In this document: positions 22,370 to 32,899 of the stretch, piece after piece
How positions within the stretch are numbered: position 1 is the first letter of the stretch
Layout of the letters: each line of letters begins with the position of its first letter
Origin: Octopus sinensis
Taxonomy: Eukaryota
DNA: 64,000 bases
Assembly (NCBI RefSeq): GCF_006345805.1
Contig: NC_043005.1
Span: forward strand, 97,154,001 to 97,218,000
Reading direction: 5' to 3'
The notes under the pieces: model-generated
The model's database searches: none
What the model was told of the DNA's origin: nothing
What the model saw: the letters and a program-made list of their open reading frames with translations, nothing else
Program-made: the position numbers and the translations under genes

Positions 22370-24667
22370 ATGGCAAAGGACAAACAAAAGAAACCTCAGG
22401 TAATTAAGATAATCAATCTCTCAAACAAAGAACTTACACCTAACGAAATAAGCATACTCTCCAAAGGACTTAAATTTACACCAACCCCACAACGTTCTAA
22501 TTACTATGAAATGAAAGATTATATTTCGGAATTTTGCAGGAAACTGAGACTTACCGAGGAATTTCATGGCAAACAAATAGATGAGGATTCAATAGCTAGA
22601 AACAAGAGCAATTACACCCCCACCAAGGGACAGAATAAAGCCTTAGACCGCTATTGTGACTACATAACTAATTTCCCGTTTCAATTCACCAAGAAACAAA
22701 AACACAGCCCTAACTTTAACAAAAGAGAATGGAACGACCTCATCAAACTAAGAGAAGACAAAGCAATAACAATTAAGGAGGCAGACAAGGGCAATGCGAT
22801 AGTAGTAATGAATACAAACGATTATAAAAATTTAGTACTATCCCTATTAAGAGATGAAACGTATTATGAAAGGGCCCAACAGTATAATCAGCAAAAAATA
22901 ATGTATAACCTTAGGACATTAATCAACACATACCGAGAAGGACTCACGGACAAGGAGTATGAATACATCACTAACTTCAAATGCAAATCGAGTTTGTTCT
23001 ATGGTATCCCTAAAGTACACAAAAGCCAAATAATTAGAGAAACATGCAAAACATCTACCGATATACTCATCAAAATCCCTTCACCAAATGATCTTAAACT
23101 TAGACCGATAATAGCAGGGCCAGCATGTGAGACTCACCGCCTCAGCAATTTCTTAGACACACTTCTTAAACCTTTCCTAAAACACATCAAAAGCTACGTA
23201 AGAGACGATATAGACATGCTCAACCACCTCCCTAAAACAGTCAATGAGAAAACCCTTCTACTATCATTCGATGTAGTTAATCTTTATTCTAACATCCCTC
23301 ACAACCTAGGAATAGAAGCGATCACCTTCTGGCTGAGTAACTACTCCTTTGAACTCCCAACTCGCATAAACAAAGACCTTATAAAAGAAGGACTTAGATT
23401 TATTTTAGAAAACAATTACTTTATTTTTGACAATAATTTCTACAGACAAAGATCGGGAACAGCGATGGGCACGCGTACTGCACCCTCTTTTGCCAACCTA
23501 GTGATGGGATACCTCGAGAAAATACTCTACCAGATAACACTCGAGAAATTTGGAAACACCTTCTGCACCTATATCCAGAACAACTGGAAAAGATACCTCG
23601 ATGACTGTTTCATCATCTGGGATAAAAGTATAGAGAAACTTGAGGAATTTAAAATACTATTAAATGGAATAAATGATAATATACAATTCACGATGGATCA
23701 TAACGAAGAAGAATTACCATTTTTAGACATCCTCATTAAGAAAACCGGCAACAAAATTGAGACAGATATCTACTACAAACCGACAGACTCCAAACAGTAC
23801 CTACCCTTTGATTCATGCCACCCACGACACACTAGAATAAATGTCCCTTTTTGTTTAACTAGAAGGATTTGCACCATAATATCAGACACAAACACCCGAC
23901 ACACACGTCTCCAGGAACTTAGAACCACACTCACAAATAGAAACTATCCACAGCCCCTAATAGACAGTGCAATCCAAAGGGCACTTAAATTAAGTATAGA
24001 AGACCTGAGACAAACAAAACCAAAAAAGAAAGAACAATTAAAAACCCTTCCCTACATCTCTACACACAACCCACTCAACAATGAGGCCTTCAGCACCATA
24101 CTACAAAGCACAGCCCTGCTAAAGGGAGACCCAAAGATGAACCGGATCCTCGAAACACACACCATCATTAAAAATAAACGGCAACCAAAATCCTTGAAAA
24201 GGATTTTAACCCAAGCTAAACTGCACTCAACATCAACCACAAAACCAGCAGTTAGAAAATGTGGAAGGTCCAACTGCGGAATCTGTGTCATCTTGGTAGA
24301 AGGTTCAGAATTTATACTAGAACAAGGCCATCAGTTCACCATTAGAGCAAACTTCACCTGCGCATCAGAAAACTTAATTTACGTCTTAACATGCACAGGC
24401 TGCAATAGGCAGTATATAGGCCATACAAAAAATAGCTTACGTAACAGGATGGCGGTGCATAAATCACAAATTAGAAAACCTGAATACCGGAAAATACCGG
24501 TCAGCGGACACATAGATAGATGTGCTGCAAATGTAAATCCGAAATTTAGAACTTACCCACTTTATAAATTCAGTGACAGCGTAACCTTCACGCAACGCCA
24601 AAATAAAGAACTTTATTTCATCAAAAAATTTAGACCAAGTTTGAACACTCTGGGCCAGGAATATTAA
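22370..24667 (+). CDS. PLE polyprotein: reverse transcriptase + Cys-rich linker + GIY-YIG endonuclease, 765 aa, no internal stops
   Basis: IKEADKGNAIVV, LRPII, SFDVVNLYSNIP, QRSGTAMGTRTAPSFANLVM, RYLDDCF, LPFLDI, YYKPT, SCHP; CGRSNCGIC linker; NLIYVLTCTGCNRQYIGHT...RMAVH. Confidence 0.95.
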   Translation: MAKDKQKKPQVIKIINLSNKELTPNEISILSKGLKFTPTPQRSNYYEMKDYISEFCRKLRLTEEFHGKQIDEDSIARNKSNYTPTKGQNKALDRYCDYITNFPFQFTKKQKHSPNFNKREWNDLIKLREDKAITIKEADKGNAIVVMNTNDYKNLVLSLLRDETYYERAQQYNQQKIMYNLRTLINTYREGLTDKEYEYITNFKCKSSLFYGIPKVHKSQIIRETCKTSTDILIKIPSPNDLKLRPIIAGPACETHRLSNFLDTLLKPFLKHIKSYVRDDIDMLNHLPKTVNEKTLLLSFDVVNLYSNIPHNLGIEAITFWLSNYSFELPTRINKDLIKEGLRFILENNYFIFDNNFYRQRSGTAMGTRTAPSFANLVMGYLEKILYQITLEKFGNTFCTYIQNNWKRYLDDCFIIWDKSIEKLEEFKILLNGINDNIQFTMDHNEEELPFLDILIKKTGNKIETDIYYKPTDSKQYLPFDSCHPRHTRINVPFCLTRRICTIISDTNTRHTRLQELRTTLTNRNYPQPLIDSAIQRALKLSIEDLRQTKPKKKEQLKTLPYISTHNPLNNEAFSTILQSTALLKGDPKMNRILETHTIIKNKRQPKSLKRILTQAKLHSTSTTKPAVRKCGRSNCGICVILVEGSEFILEQGHQFTIRANFTCASENLIYVLTCTGCNRQYIGHTKNSLRNRMAVHKSQIRKPEYRKIPVSGHIDRCAANVNPKFRTYPLYKFSDSVTFTQRQNKELYFIKKFRPSLNTLGQEY

Positions 24668-24907
24668 AACAAAACATTGGTCCTCCGAAAAAGAAAAACG
24701 AAATTCTACCACAACTACTACGACTGCCCCAACTCGCACTACTACTACAACCACCGTGGTCACTGTTGCTACTGCCACAGTGAGAGAATTATAATAATGG
24801 AGGTGGGGCGAATTACAATTTCTCAGATCCTTAAACAGTCACTCACGCTGACAGTGATATGTCTTAGGGAAGGAAAAATTTATAAAAAGATCTCTTTCTC
24901 TGCGAGC

Positions 24908-25214
24908 AGATCTAATCCTGATTCGTCAAAAAATTGATGACGTGTTACCTCAGTGGTCAAGCTATTGTCACCCTGCTTGGTCGGTTTCCTCACACGATAC
25001 AGCTATGGGTCAGACCCGATTCTGATTCGTCAAAACATTGATGACGTCTTTCTTCCGTGGTCAAACTACTCGTTCTGCTGGACTAGCCACCTAACAGGAT
25101 ACAGTCATGGGTCAGATCTAATTTCGATTCGTCAAAAAAATGATGACGTGTTTCTTCCGTGGCCAAACTATCGTTCCGCTTGGTTGGTTTCCTAACAGGA
25201 TACAGTTAGGAGTC
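24908..25214 (+). repeat. Three diverged ~103-bp tandem repeats in the PLE 3' region
   Basis: Units start at 24908, 25012 and 25114; each contains GATTCGTCAAAA..TGATGACG. Confidence 0.9.
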
Positions 25215-25245
25215 TTTTCACTATATTCGTTGAGACTGGGTTTTG

Positions 25246-25313
25246 ATTGGTTTGGAACTATATGACGTCAGTGAACAGTGCAAGTGACCACAGCGTAGCT
25301 GAGCTGATATAAA
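25246..25313 (+). promoter_or_regulatory. Candidate Pol II promoter in the PLE terminal repeat (inverted CCAAT, CRE, TATA)
   Basis: ATTGG 25246-25250, TGACGTCA 25263-25270, TATAAA 25308-25313. Motif evidence only. Confidence 0.45.
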
Positions 25314-25538
25314 TCCAACAATCACAAAATTTACCAAAATTATGCGAGCAGACACCGACCAAAAATCATTACTGTTGCTCCCATTGGAAAACAAGGTAAA
25401 ATCTAAAATGAACTCCTCGCCTTTTGAAGAACATGATTTTTTATATTTGACTCTATTGAATGTATGTCACAATTATGAACTATTACATCATACTCTTTAA
25501 ACATATAGCATGGACTCTCTTTATTATATATAAAAAAA

Positions 25539-25585
25539 TTTTTTTGATAAGGTTCGTCATTTCAAGAACCGAAACATGTTAAATT
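25539..25585 (+). ncRNA. Minimal type I hammerhead candidate with U3-A8 covariant core
   Basis: TTT TTGATAA GGTTC GTCATTTCAA GAACC GAAAC AT GTT AAA. Stem II is a perfect 5 bp, stem III is the palindrome ACATGT, the cleavage triplet is GUU. Confidence 0.6.
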
Positions 25586-25664
25586 AAAATTTGTCTAATA
25601 TAGCAGCATTTTCAAACTTCATTTTTTACAAATATATACCCACTCGTATACGAGCTAATCTTAT

Positions 25665-25696
<32 letters not shown>

Positions 25697-25701
<5 letters not shown>

Positions 25702-25850
25702 AGAATTAACGAAAAAACAAAAGACGGATGGTGTACAAAACAAACAGATGTATTAGTATAGCGCTCAGGAACTGAAAAGTCTTTTACATTTCGAGCCTAC
25801 GCTCTTCTACAGAAAGGGACACAGAAAAAACAAGGAGAGAAAAAATGTAT
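25697..25850 (-). mobile_element. Short PLE-terminus-like fragment with an aberrant hammerhead-like motif (25781-25816)
   Basis: Minus strand reads CTTT CTGTAGAAGA GCGTAGGCTC GAAAT GTA AAAG; flanked by (TA)n. Confidence 0.45.
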
Positions 25851-25858
25851 CTATATAT

Positions 25859-25908
<50 letters not shown>

Positions 25909-25914
25909 ATATAA

Positions 25915-26312
25915 GTAGATGAATGAATTATCCTAGCATGGAAAATTCGTTTAACCGATACCTGGGTAGCAAAATCACGTCAGAAAACACGGTGGAAGCG
26001 ACCTGTCAAGGGTAGAAACTCCAGGTTCTTGTGTGGAAATTTGTGTGTTTTTTATATATGAATAAATGAAAGAATGGAGTCGAACGAAGATGTTAAGAAA
26101 ATTCCTTTACTCTCGACACATGTTTCGAAGACGGCATACTTTTATTCCGAAGGAATAAAGGGTGTATTATGCAATCTTCTCATCAGGAAAGATGAGGAGC
26201 CTCCCTCAGCCACAAGACGAACAAAAAATTTTGATGATTGCCTACATGGTGACCACAGTGATAATGAGTGTTTTTTTTTAAATCCGTTATAAGCTTTGAC
26301 GTCAACATTGGG
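25915..26312 (-). mobile_element. PLE-terminus-like fragment of another family, convergent with the coding PLE
   Basis: Carries a complete hammerhead plus upstream CCAAT (26307-26311) and TGACGTCA (26297-26304) on the minus strand; abuts (TA)n. Confidence 0.55.
26110..26191 (-). ncRNA. Type I hammerhead ribozyme with intact core and extended three-helix stem II
   Basis: CTTTC CTGATGA GAAGA TT GCATA ATACACCC TTTATTCC TTC GGAATAAA AG TATGC CG TCTTC GAAAC ATGT GTC GAGAG. Confidence 0.8.
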
Positions 26313-26999
26313 TAGAAGGAGGAAGTAGTAAAAATAGGTACGGGACAATATGTATGCTGTACGTATTGGGATGTGCAGGTGTGTGCTTGTGTTAATGAGT
26401 TCAAGTGTTTATGTGTGTGTATGAATGTGTATATAACTGCATTTGTGTCTGTGTGTGTGTGTGTGTGATTGTGTGTGTGAGATAGACAAACGTCAAATAT
26501 ACTTAGTAGTAAGGTAAAATATTTGTGTCTGTGTGTTTGATTGTGTGTGTGATAGAGAGAGAGAGAAACATACGTCAAAGATATTTAGTAGCAATGGAAC
26601 ATAACGGAGCAATAGGTATGGAGGAGGAAGTAAACGTTGATTGAAGGAATGTTCGAAGGCATAGGAAAGAATAGGAAAGAATTGTCTTAAAGACAACAAT
26701 ATAACTTTCAAGTTGGATTGGTTCATATTGTCTGTATCCTTTCCTTTTGATAAGGGCAGAAAATTTTGTAGCATTTGTAATTCTGAACTCTTCTATATTC
26801 TTTTCGCCAAGCTTCCCCTAGTAAACACACTCATAGAAAGATCGTACAAATGTAAACATTGGCAGAAACACACTTTCCACTCATATAAATGATAAAGATA
26901 ACCACTGTAGTTTTTACAATTAACTTCATGTCCACACCACTGCCATAGACAAATTCTTTCCTATTCTTTCCTAATTATCCGTGTTCTTATTTCCACTTC

Positions 27000-27310
27000 A
27001 TTCTTTGATGTTGTCAATACACAAACGTCTCTGATGGGTTTTGTTCTTTTCCCCTCCACACTTCCTGTCAGAATGGTCTTGGGCAAGTGACTCATGGCAC
27101 ATTGTATGTCCAAAATTTGATAGCTTTGTTGACATGATTCTCGATATTAGATGCCTTTGAACTTTCAGGTTTTCTAGTACAGCAGCGTTTGTGACCTCGT
27201 CTTTTCAGCTTATTCTGCCCAATGTACGAAAGATACACATCTCAAAGGCATCTATATTCTTTTCCATTGCTTTGTACAATTTCCAAGTTTCTGCCACGTA
27301 GAGGTACATG
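27000..27310 (-). mobile_element. RTE/BovB-type LINE C-terminal remnant
   Basis: YVAETWKLYKAMEKNIDAFEMCIFRTLGRIS*KDEVTNAAVL...FGHTM matches the RTE post-RT domain. Confidence 0.75.
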
Positions 27311-27339
27311 GGAATATCTTTTTCATTCCTATATAGGAG

Positions 27340-27725
27340 TAAGTGAGGTTGTGTGGCAAGAAGTCTGCTTCTCAACAACACGGTTCCCGGTTCAGTCCCA
27401 CTGCGTGGCACCTTAGACAATTGTCTTCTACTATAGCCTCAGATCTTGTTAGTAGATTTGGTAGAAGGAAACTGAAAGAAGCCTATCATTTATGTGTGTG
27501 TGTTTGCGTGCGTGCGTGTGTGTGTCTTTGTGTCTGTGCTTGTCCCCTTACTAGCGCTTGACAACTGATGTTGGCGTGTTTACATCACCGTAACTCAGCA
27601 GTTCAGCAAAAGTCACCGATAAAATAAGGACCAGACTTACAAAATGGAGTTGATTTATTCGACAAAAAATCTCTTCCAGCTGGTACTCTAGCATGGCCGC
27701 AGTCTAATGATGGAAACATGTAATA
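27340..27725 (+). mobile_element. SINE family A, diverged
   Basis: Head, core and 3' ATGGCCGCAGTC motif shared with other family A copies. Confidence 0.75.
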
Positions 27726-27807
27726 GATAACAGCTAACAGCCTAATTGATCTTTTGACAATCTTTTACGCAGCAAACTTTTTGATTTGATATTCGTTATA
27801 CAACATA

Positions 27808-28211
27808 CTAGCATTGTGACCCAGCAACGCCGGGTCATAGTGCTAGTGCGTGCATGTACAGCTGCGTGCGTGCGCACATACACGCGAGTACTGTCCAAAT
27901 CTCCGACCAATCACATACAGCTAGCTGGCATTCAATTGGCGTATCAAGTTTCGGGTATTTTGATTGGGTTTTGGATAGAAAATTCACAAAAAAGTCACTT
28001 CTATTGATTTTTTAATGGCTTTGCGGGGTGACTGGGGAAATGTTAAGATGTGCACGACCACCCTTAGACGGTTTGGAATGACCATAGAAAGTGCGAGCCC
28101 TCTAACTGAAAAATTGTGGATTTATATAAAGGACACGCACACACACACACACGCGCACACACACACACACACACAGACACACACACAGACATTTTGCCGT
28201 TTGTATAGAGA
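27808..28211 (-). mobile_element. Helitron-like non-autonomous element, family H3
   Basis: Hairpin plus CTAG at the left end; TCTCTATACAAA next to (GT)n at the right end; similar layout to H2. Confidence 0.5.
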
Positions 28212-29853
28212 GTTAAGTATGTTGAACGACAGCTGCAAGCCTGTTACTTTTTGTCTGCAAAACTCATTTTTTTTTCTCAGATCAAGCCTGTTGCTGTCAT
28301 TTTGTCCCCGTAAATTTTGTATCGGTTGGAGGAGAGCTTTCGAAGCAGTAGGTGCCATTCTTAAACGATTTGTAGTTGTTGTCGTCGCTGCCGTAGTTGT
28401 TTCTATTCCCAATTTAATCTCATGATAAAAGGCGTAACCATGTTGTCTGTTTTCTATTCAACGAGACTTCATGTAGTCTATCCATAAGATTTTTATAACG
28501 TTAGAGTATAATTTGAAGAGAATTGGCGTGAATTTCTAGCAAATTAATATGATTGTATATATATTCTCCCAGAGTAAACGACTTGGTTCTGATTTCTGTT
28601 CCGTACTGGAACCACTTTATGTTGCGTAAATTGCAAAATCCTTTGGGAAATGAATATATTTCACAACATCCTCTATCGTTTTGTGTTATAAACCAAAGAG
28701 GAGATACCTTGGCATAAAGGTGATCAGTCTATATACTTTATTGCCTATCCTGGGGTTAAATACCAGTAACCTTCACCCTTTTTAGGACCTCTGCAAGCAA
28801 TAAGAAGAAAGAAGGAATTTAACCTCAAACCGAAAGTTTACTTTGGATGGTTGCAACATAGATTTCACTAAAGGTACTCAAGAACTCTAAAGGTATCCAA
28901 GAAGCATTCCTAATATTAATCCAGTCTAGTGAGGAACTGGAGTGATTTCTTAGACGCATGCTGGGGGTTACGTGAGTGTTGTAAAAAGGTAGGGATTATG
29001 TAGAAGTCGTTGCTAAGGCAAACTTACCGATCAACTTTGGTACGATTGGAATATGAAGTTGAAAGATGGATTAAATGAACCAGCCAGGGAGTCGAGGAGT
29101 GGCGTTAGGCCGCATGATGGATAATATCTAACACCTTAGTGCCGAGTGATGGCATTAAATCAGGTGACGGATGTAAAAATACCAACCAAGAATAGGAACA
29201 GTTACGCCTACCAAATTTCACTGATAGAGCTTTGATAACCCCTCCCCAATTGATGGTAGAATACAACTGGGCGAAACATCCCGCAGCGAGACTAGATGAC
29301 CTGAAGGAAATTAGCTTAATCTGTTGCCACCACCAATCCACCCGCACAGTTACTCACAATGATATTCATACACACACACCAATACACACACACACACACG
29401 CGCACGCACGCATGCATGCATGCGCACCCATATCCAGCCACATATCAGACGAATACTATTATTTTGTTCTCCACTGCATTTCTCTCTTTTTCACTTTCCA
29501 TCTCTCTCTCTCTTTCTCTCTCCCCCACCCCACTTTCACTCCATTTTTCTTCAAACCAACAAAGCATTCATGAAATCGAATAGTCGTGTAATCAGGCTTC
29601 TCCATTAGAACTATTAGTGAAGGTGACGGAACTCAATCAGATTCCTCCCTTGAGTCAAACTGAATCAATGGCTTAGTTCCTAGACAATAGAAAGCTACTC
29701 TTACAGCCTGTCTAGACTAGAATCTTGTCAGTCAACGCTAGTTTAATAGACCACACATATCAGGAGAAAATAGCTGTGTCAAAATGGAACAAGAACAAAC
29801 GACTGTGTCTTATTTTGATATTTTTTCCGATCATTATTATCATCATTATTATT

Positions 29854-30032
29854 GCCGGGCGAAATGCTTAGCGGTATTTCGTCGGCCGTTACGTTCTGAG
29901 TTCAAATTCCGCCGAGGTTGACTTTGCCTTTCATCCTTTCGGGGTCGATAAATTAAGTACCAGTTACGCACTGGGGTCGATGTCCTTGTTTGTCCCCTCT
30001 ATGTTTAGCCCCTTGTGGGCAATAAAGAAATA
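29854..30032 (+). mobile_element. SINE family B
   Basis: Matches the unit at 1688-1880. Confidence 0.8.
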
Positions 30033-30057
30033 AATTATTATTATTATTATTATATTA

Positions 30058-30310
30058 CATAGTAACTTCACTGGGGAACATAACAAAGTGTCAACTGAAC
30101 ACACCTAGTGGACAAAGGTAATATTCTTCATTCTGATTTCGAGAATTCTGCCGAGGATTCGTGCAGTCCTAAGAAGCACTGATTTCTGTAGTTGCGCTAT
30201 CTTCACATTTACTCCCAAATATTCAATACAGTTTTTGAGCTTCGTACTTATAGTTCGGAAGCCTCCATCAACAGATATAACACTCACCTTCTTGGATGAC
30301 CAAAGGCTTT
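30058..30310 (-). mobile_element. Decayed Dong 3' end next to (TAA)n
   Basis: AQLQKSVLLRTARILGRILEI C-terminal motif; (TTA)n at 30033-30052. Confidence 0.7.
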
Positions 30311-30774
30311 TTATTTTCACACCTCAAACCGTCATCTCTGACCTGCTTATTGTTATTTCTTTTTTCGATACTCTGTCATCACCAAGGACATGCAAGATCT
30401 ATGGTTAAACATATTTTTTACCTCTTTATTATTATTAATTATTTATGGCTTTCGATGTTCAATTTCATGATCACGATGGATCTTTATATCTCACAGTATC
30501 TTTAATTTGTCATTCCCGATTACTCCTTATGGGGAAAACCCATACCACGTTTTTGCTGTATTTAATCCATAATTGCCTCACATCTTTGTATTCTTCATGG
30601 GCCAGCTTCGTGGGTGGCTAATCAGGCAAAGCAGTAGACAAAATGTTTCGTGATATTCACTTACCTCTTTTCACACTTCTGAGTTCAAATCCTACCAAAC
30701 TGAACTTTGCTTTTTATCCTTCCTGAGTCGGTAGAATAAAATATCGTATCAGTTAAGTACCTCCTTATATGAAC

Positions 30775-31460
30775 AATGGTCTGTTGAAAAGTTCATACGC
30801 TGACCAAGATACTCTCATGGAATGTGACCAAATAAGGTTTACTTTCCAATAAACTCCCCCTTTCGGGACACATACTTCTTTCATCGGTGTTGCAGTGCTT
30901 GGATCCTATTGGAGAAGAATCTTTCACCATGTTGGTCAAAAAAAGACCCCAACAGCATATATGGCATCATCATCACTGCGTTAATAGTTCCCGCTGGGGA
31001 TTAGATGACAGTCAAATGAGGCCAAATCAGGAGATTAGGGAGGATGATCAACCAGTTCGAAGCCACAGTCGTGCACAGTAGCTATTAAAACCAAGAACTT
31101 GTGTTCTGGAGCATTGTTCCGATTAAACAAGAACCCCTTCGCCAGTTTTCCTGGGAGTTTAGTCTTGGTAGCCTTTTGTAACTGCCTCAGCAAGCTGACA
31201 GAGTATCCTCTATTGATGATGTGGCCCTTTTGAAGATAGTCAATAAATACAATGCCTTTTGCATCCAAAAAAACTAGGGTCATCACCTTCCTTGCAAATG
31301 AAACGACCGTGCCCTTCTTTGGAGCAGGCGAGGTGCGATGTATTTCTACTGCATGGATTGTCTCCTCATCCCTGGCTCAAAGTGATGACACTCATCCTGG
31401 GTTAGGAGACGTTCAAGGAAACCTAAGTACTAATGCTTTATTTTTGCCCTACTATAAAGG
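30775..31460 (-). mobile_element. Decayed mariner transposase
   Basis: MMTLVFLDAKGIVFIDYLQKG...NNAPEH...ELVDHPP; TIR-like GGTCTGTTGAAAAGTTC at the left end. Confidence 0.8.
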
Positions 31461-32899
31461 CTGATCGATCGCCAACAACAATACCAACTACAATAATAAA
31501 TGCATCAACTGTATCCCAACTTCAGTGCTTTTCATAACATGGATTTGATGAGCAATATGAAAACAAAACACAATAAAAAGAACACAAAATATAAAATAGA
31601 GACATGAGTGGAGAAGTAGATGTACTTCTCAAACAGACATCAAATGACAAATTTTTGGTATGGTACGACTACAGTTCTAGAAAGCATTAAAATCGTGCCT
31701 CCTAAACATAGCAGGAACTTTCAATTTTGTCCTAAAACTAGAAGCACTATTCTGAGATTCGCTGAAGACATAGCTTCGAGGAAAACCTGATACATATCTC
31801 TTATGTAACTCCAATTGTAGCTTCGTTGAGATTTTATTGTGTAAATGTACGAAGATTGAAGTGTGGCCTCCTTACTTACTGGATTTAGATGTAATGGCCA
31901 TCACTAAGTCTGAGGTTTCCAACCCAGAGGCACAGACACTCCTCCGGGATGATTACGTTCCCTCAACCCAGAATAACACTGAGGTGGATGTATTGTCCTG
32001 GAAAACTTAGATTTCGTGTTAAGGAGAAAGTTCTCTTGTCCTAGATAGCGACCATGTGTTGAATTCGAGTAGTAGTCGAAGCTGTGTCCTAATGTTGATG
32101 GCCATTCATGCCTCGCCAAAAACCATGTTTCCAGATTTCTTCATTGGTCAAGAAATATCTCTAACGTTTACCCTACTCGTTAGTGTAGTGGTGTCTTTGA
32201 CGCTTGCCGAAGTTATGTAGGTGTTGTAGATAGGCAGGGAATGTGTGAAATCTTATATTTTCCCAGACAATTTCAAGTACATAATCAATATCGAATGGAT
32301 TTCCCGAATACACAAATGTGAACATGAGTGAATCAGTGCATCGTCAATATTGCATTAACATAGAATACCAATTTTCGGATAGTTGTTTTCATATACGTGT
32401 AGGACTTCTGTGATCAATTTAGTTACAACTGCTAATTAGGTGCCCATTTACTGGACGCAAAACAGACTTTCCGACACGAAAGTCTGTTAGTTAGTTCACC
32501 AGGATTAGCGGGGAAGTTAAAAGTAACGAATGGTGTGTGGAGTAAATGTGGACAATTAGACTGAAATTGGTTACATTTAGAAATTAACTAAAGTCAGAAA
32601 ATACTAGATGAGAGAGAGACAGAAAGAGAGAAGTGCTAGATTTTCTGACTAATCTCAGTGGAATTGTGATGGTCATGAGCATTGCCTTCACTCCTGGATA
32701 AACCACAAAAAGGCTTTCTCCTTCATGCTACACGACGGTATGGGAAACATTCGAGGGACCTAGTAACTATGTCGCAACGAAAACATCATTATAATCTTTG
32801 ATGGGCTGCAACAGGCGGGTGTTGTCCGACTCCAGTCAGAAGTGCAAAGTAATTTTGCTTTTCTAATGTTGTTTTCAATCTGACTTTTCCAAATGGTTT

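Larger units (their letters stand above)
22093..25665 (+). mobile_element. Penelope-like retroelement (probably Neptune-type), 5'-truncated, flanked by (TA)n
   Basis: RT-GIY-YIG ORF plus a ~1-kb 3' non-coding terminus with tandem repeats, promoter motifs and a hammerhead; (TA)n on both sides. Confidence 0.85.

Noticed and set aside
22370-24900. Selenocysteine-recoding (Naiad-type) PLE
   Set aside because: The ORF has no in-frame TGA, and I could not identify a convincing SECIS.
24908-25214. CRISPR-like array next to a reverse transcriptase (also considered for the 42-bp array at 4312-4505)
   Set aside because: Units align along their whole length, with no constant repeat and unique spacers; there are no cas genes and the context is eukaryotic.
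26820-26880. C2H2 zinc-finger remnant (ERSYKCKHWQKHTF)
   Set aside because: A single partial motif lacking the second Cys and the His pair; no array.
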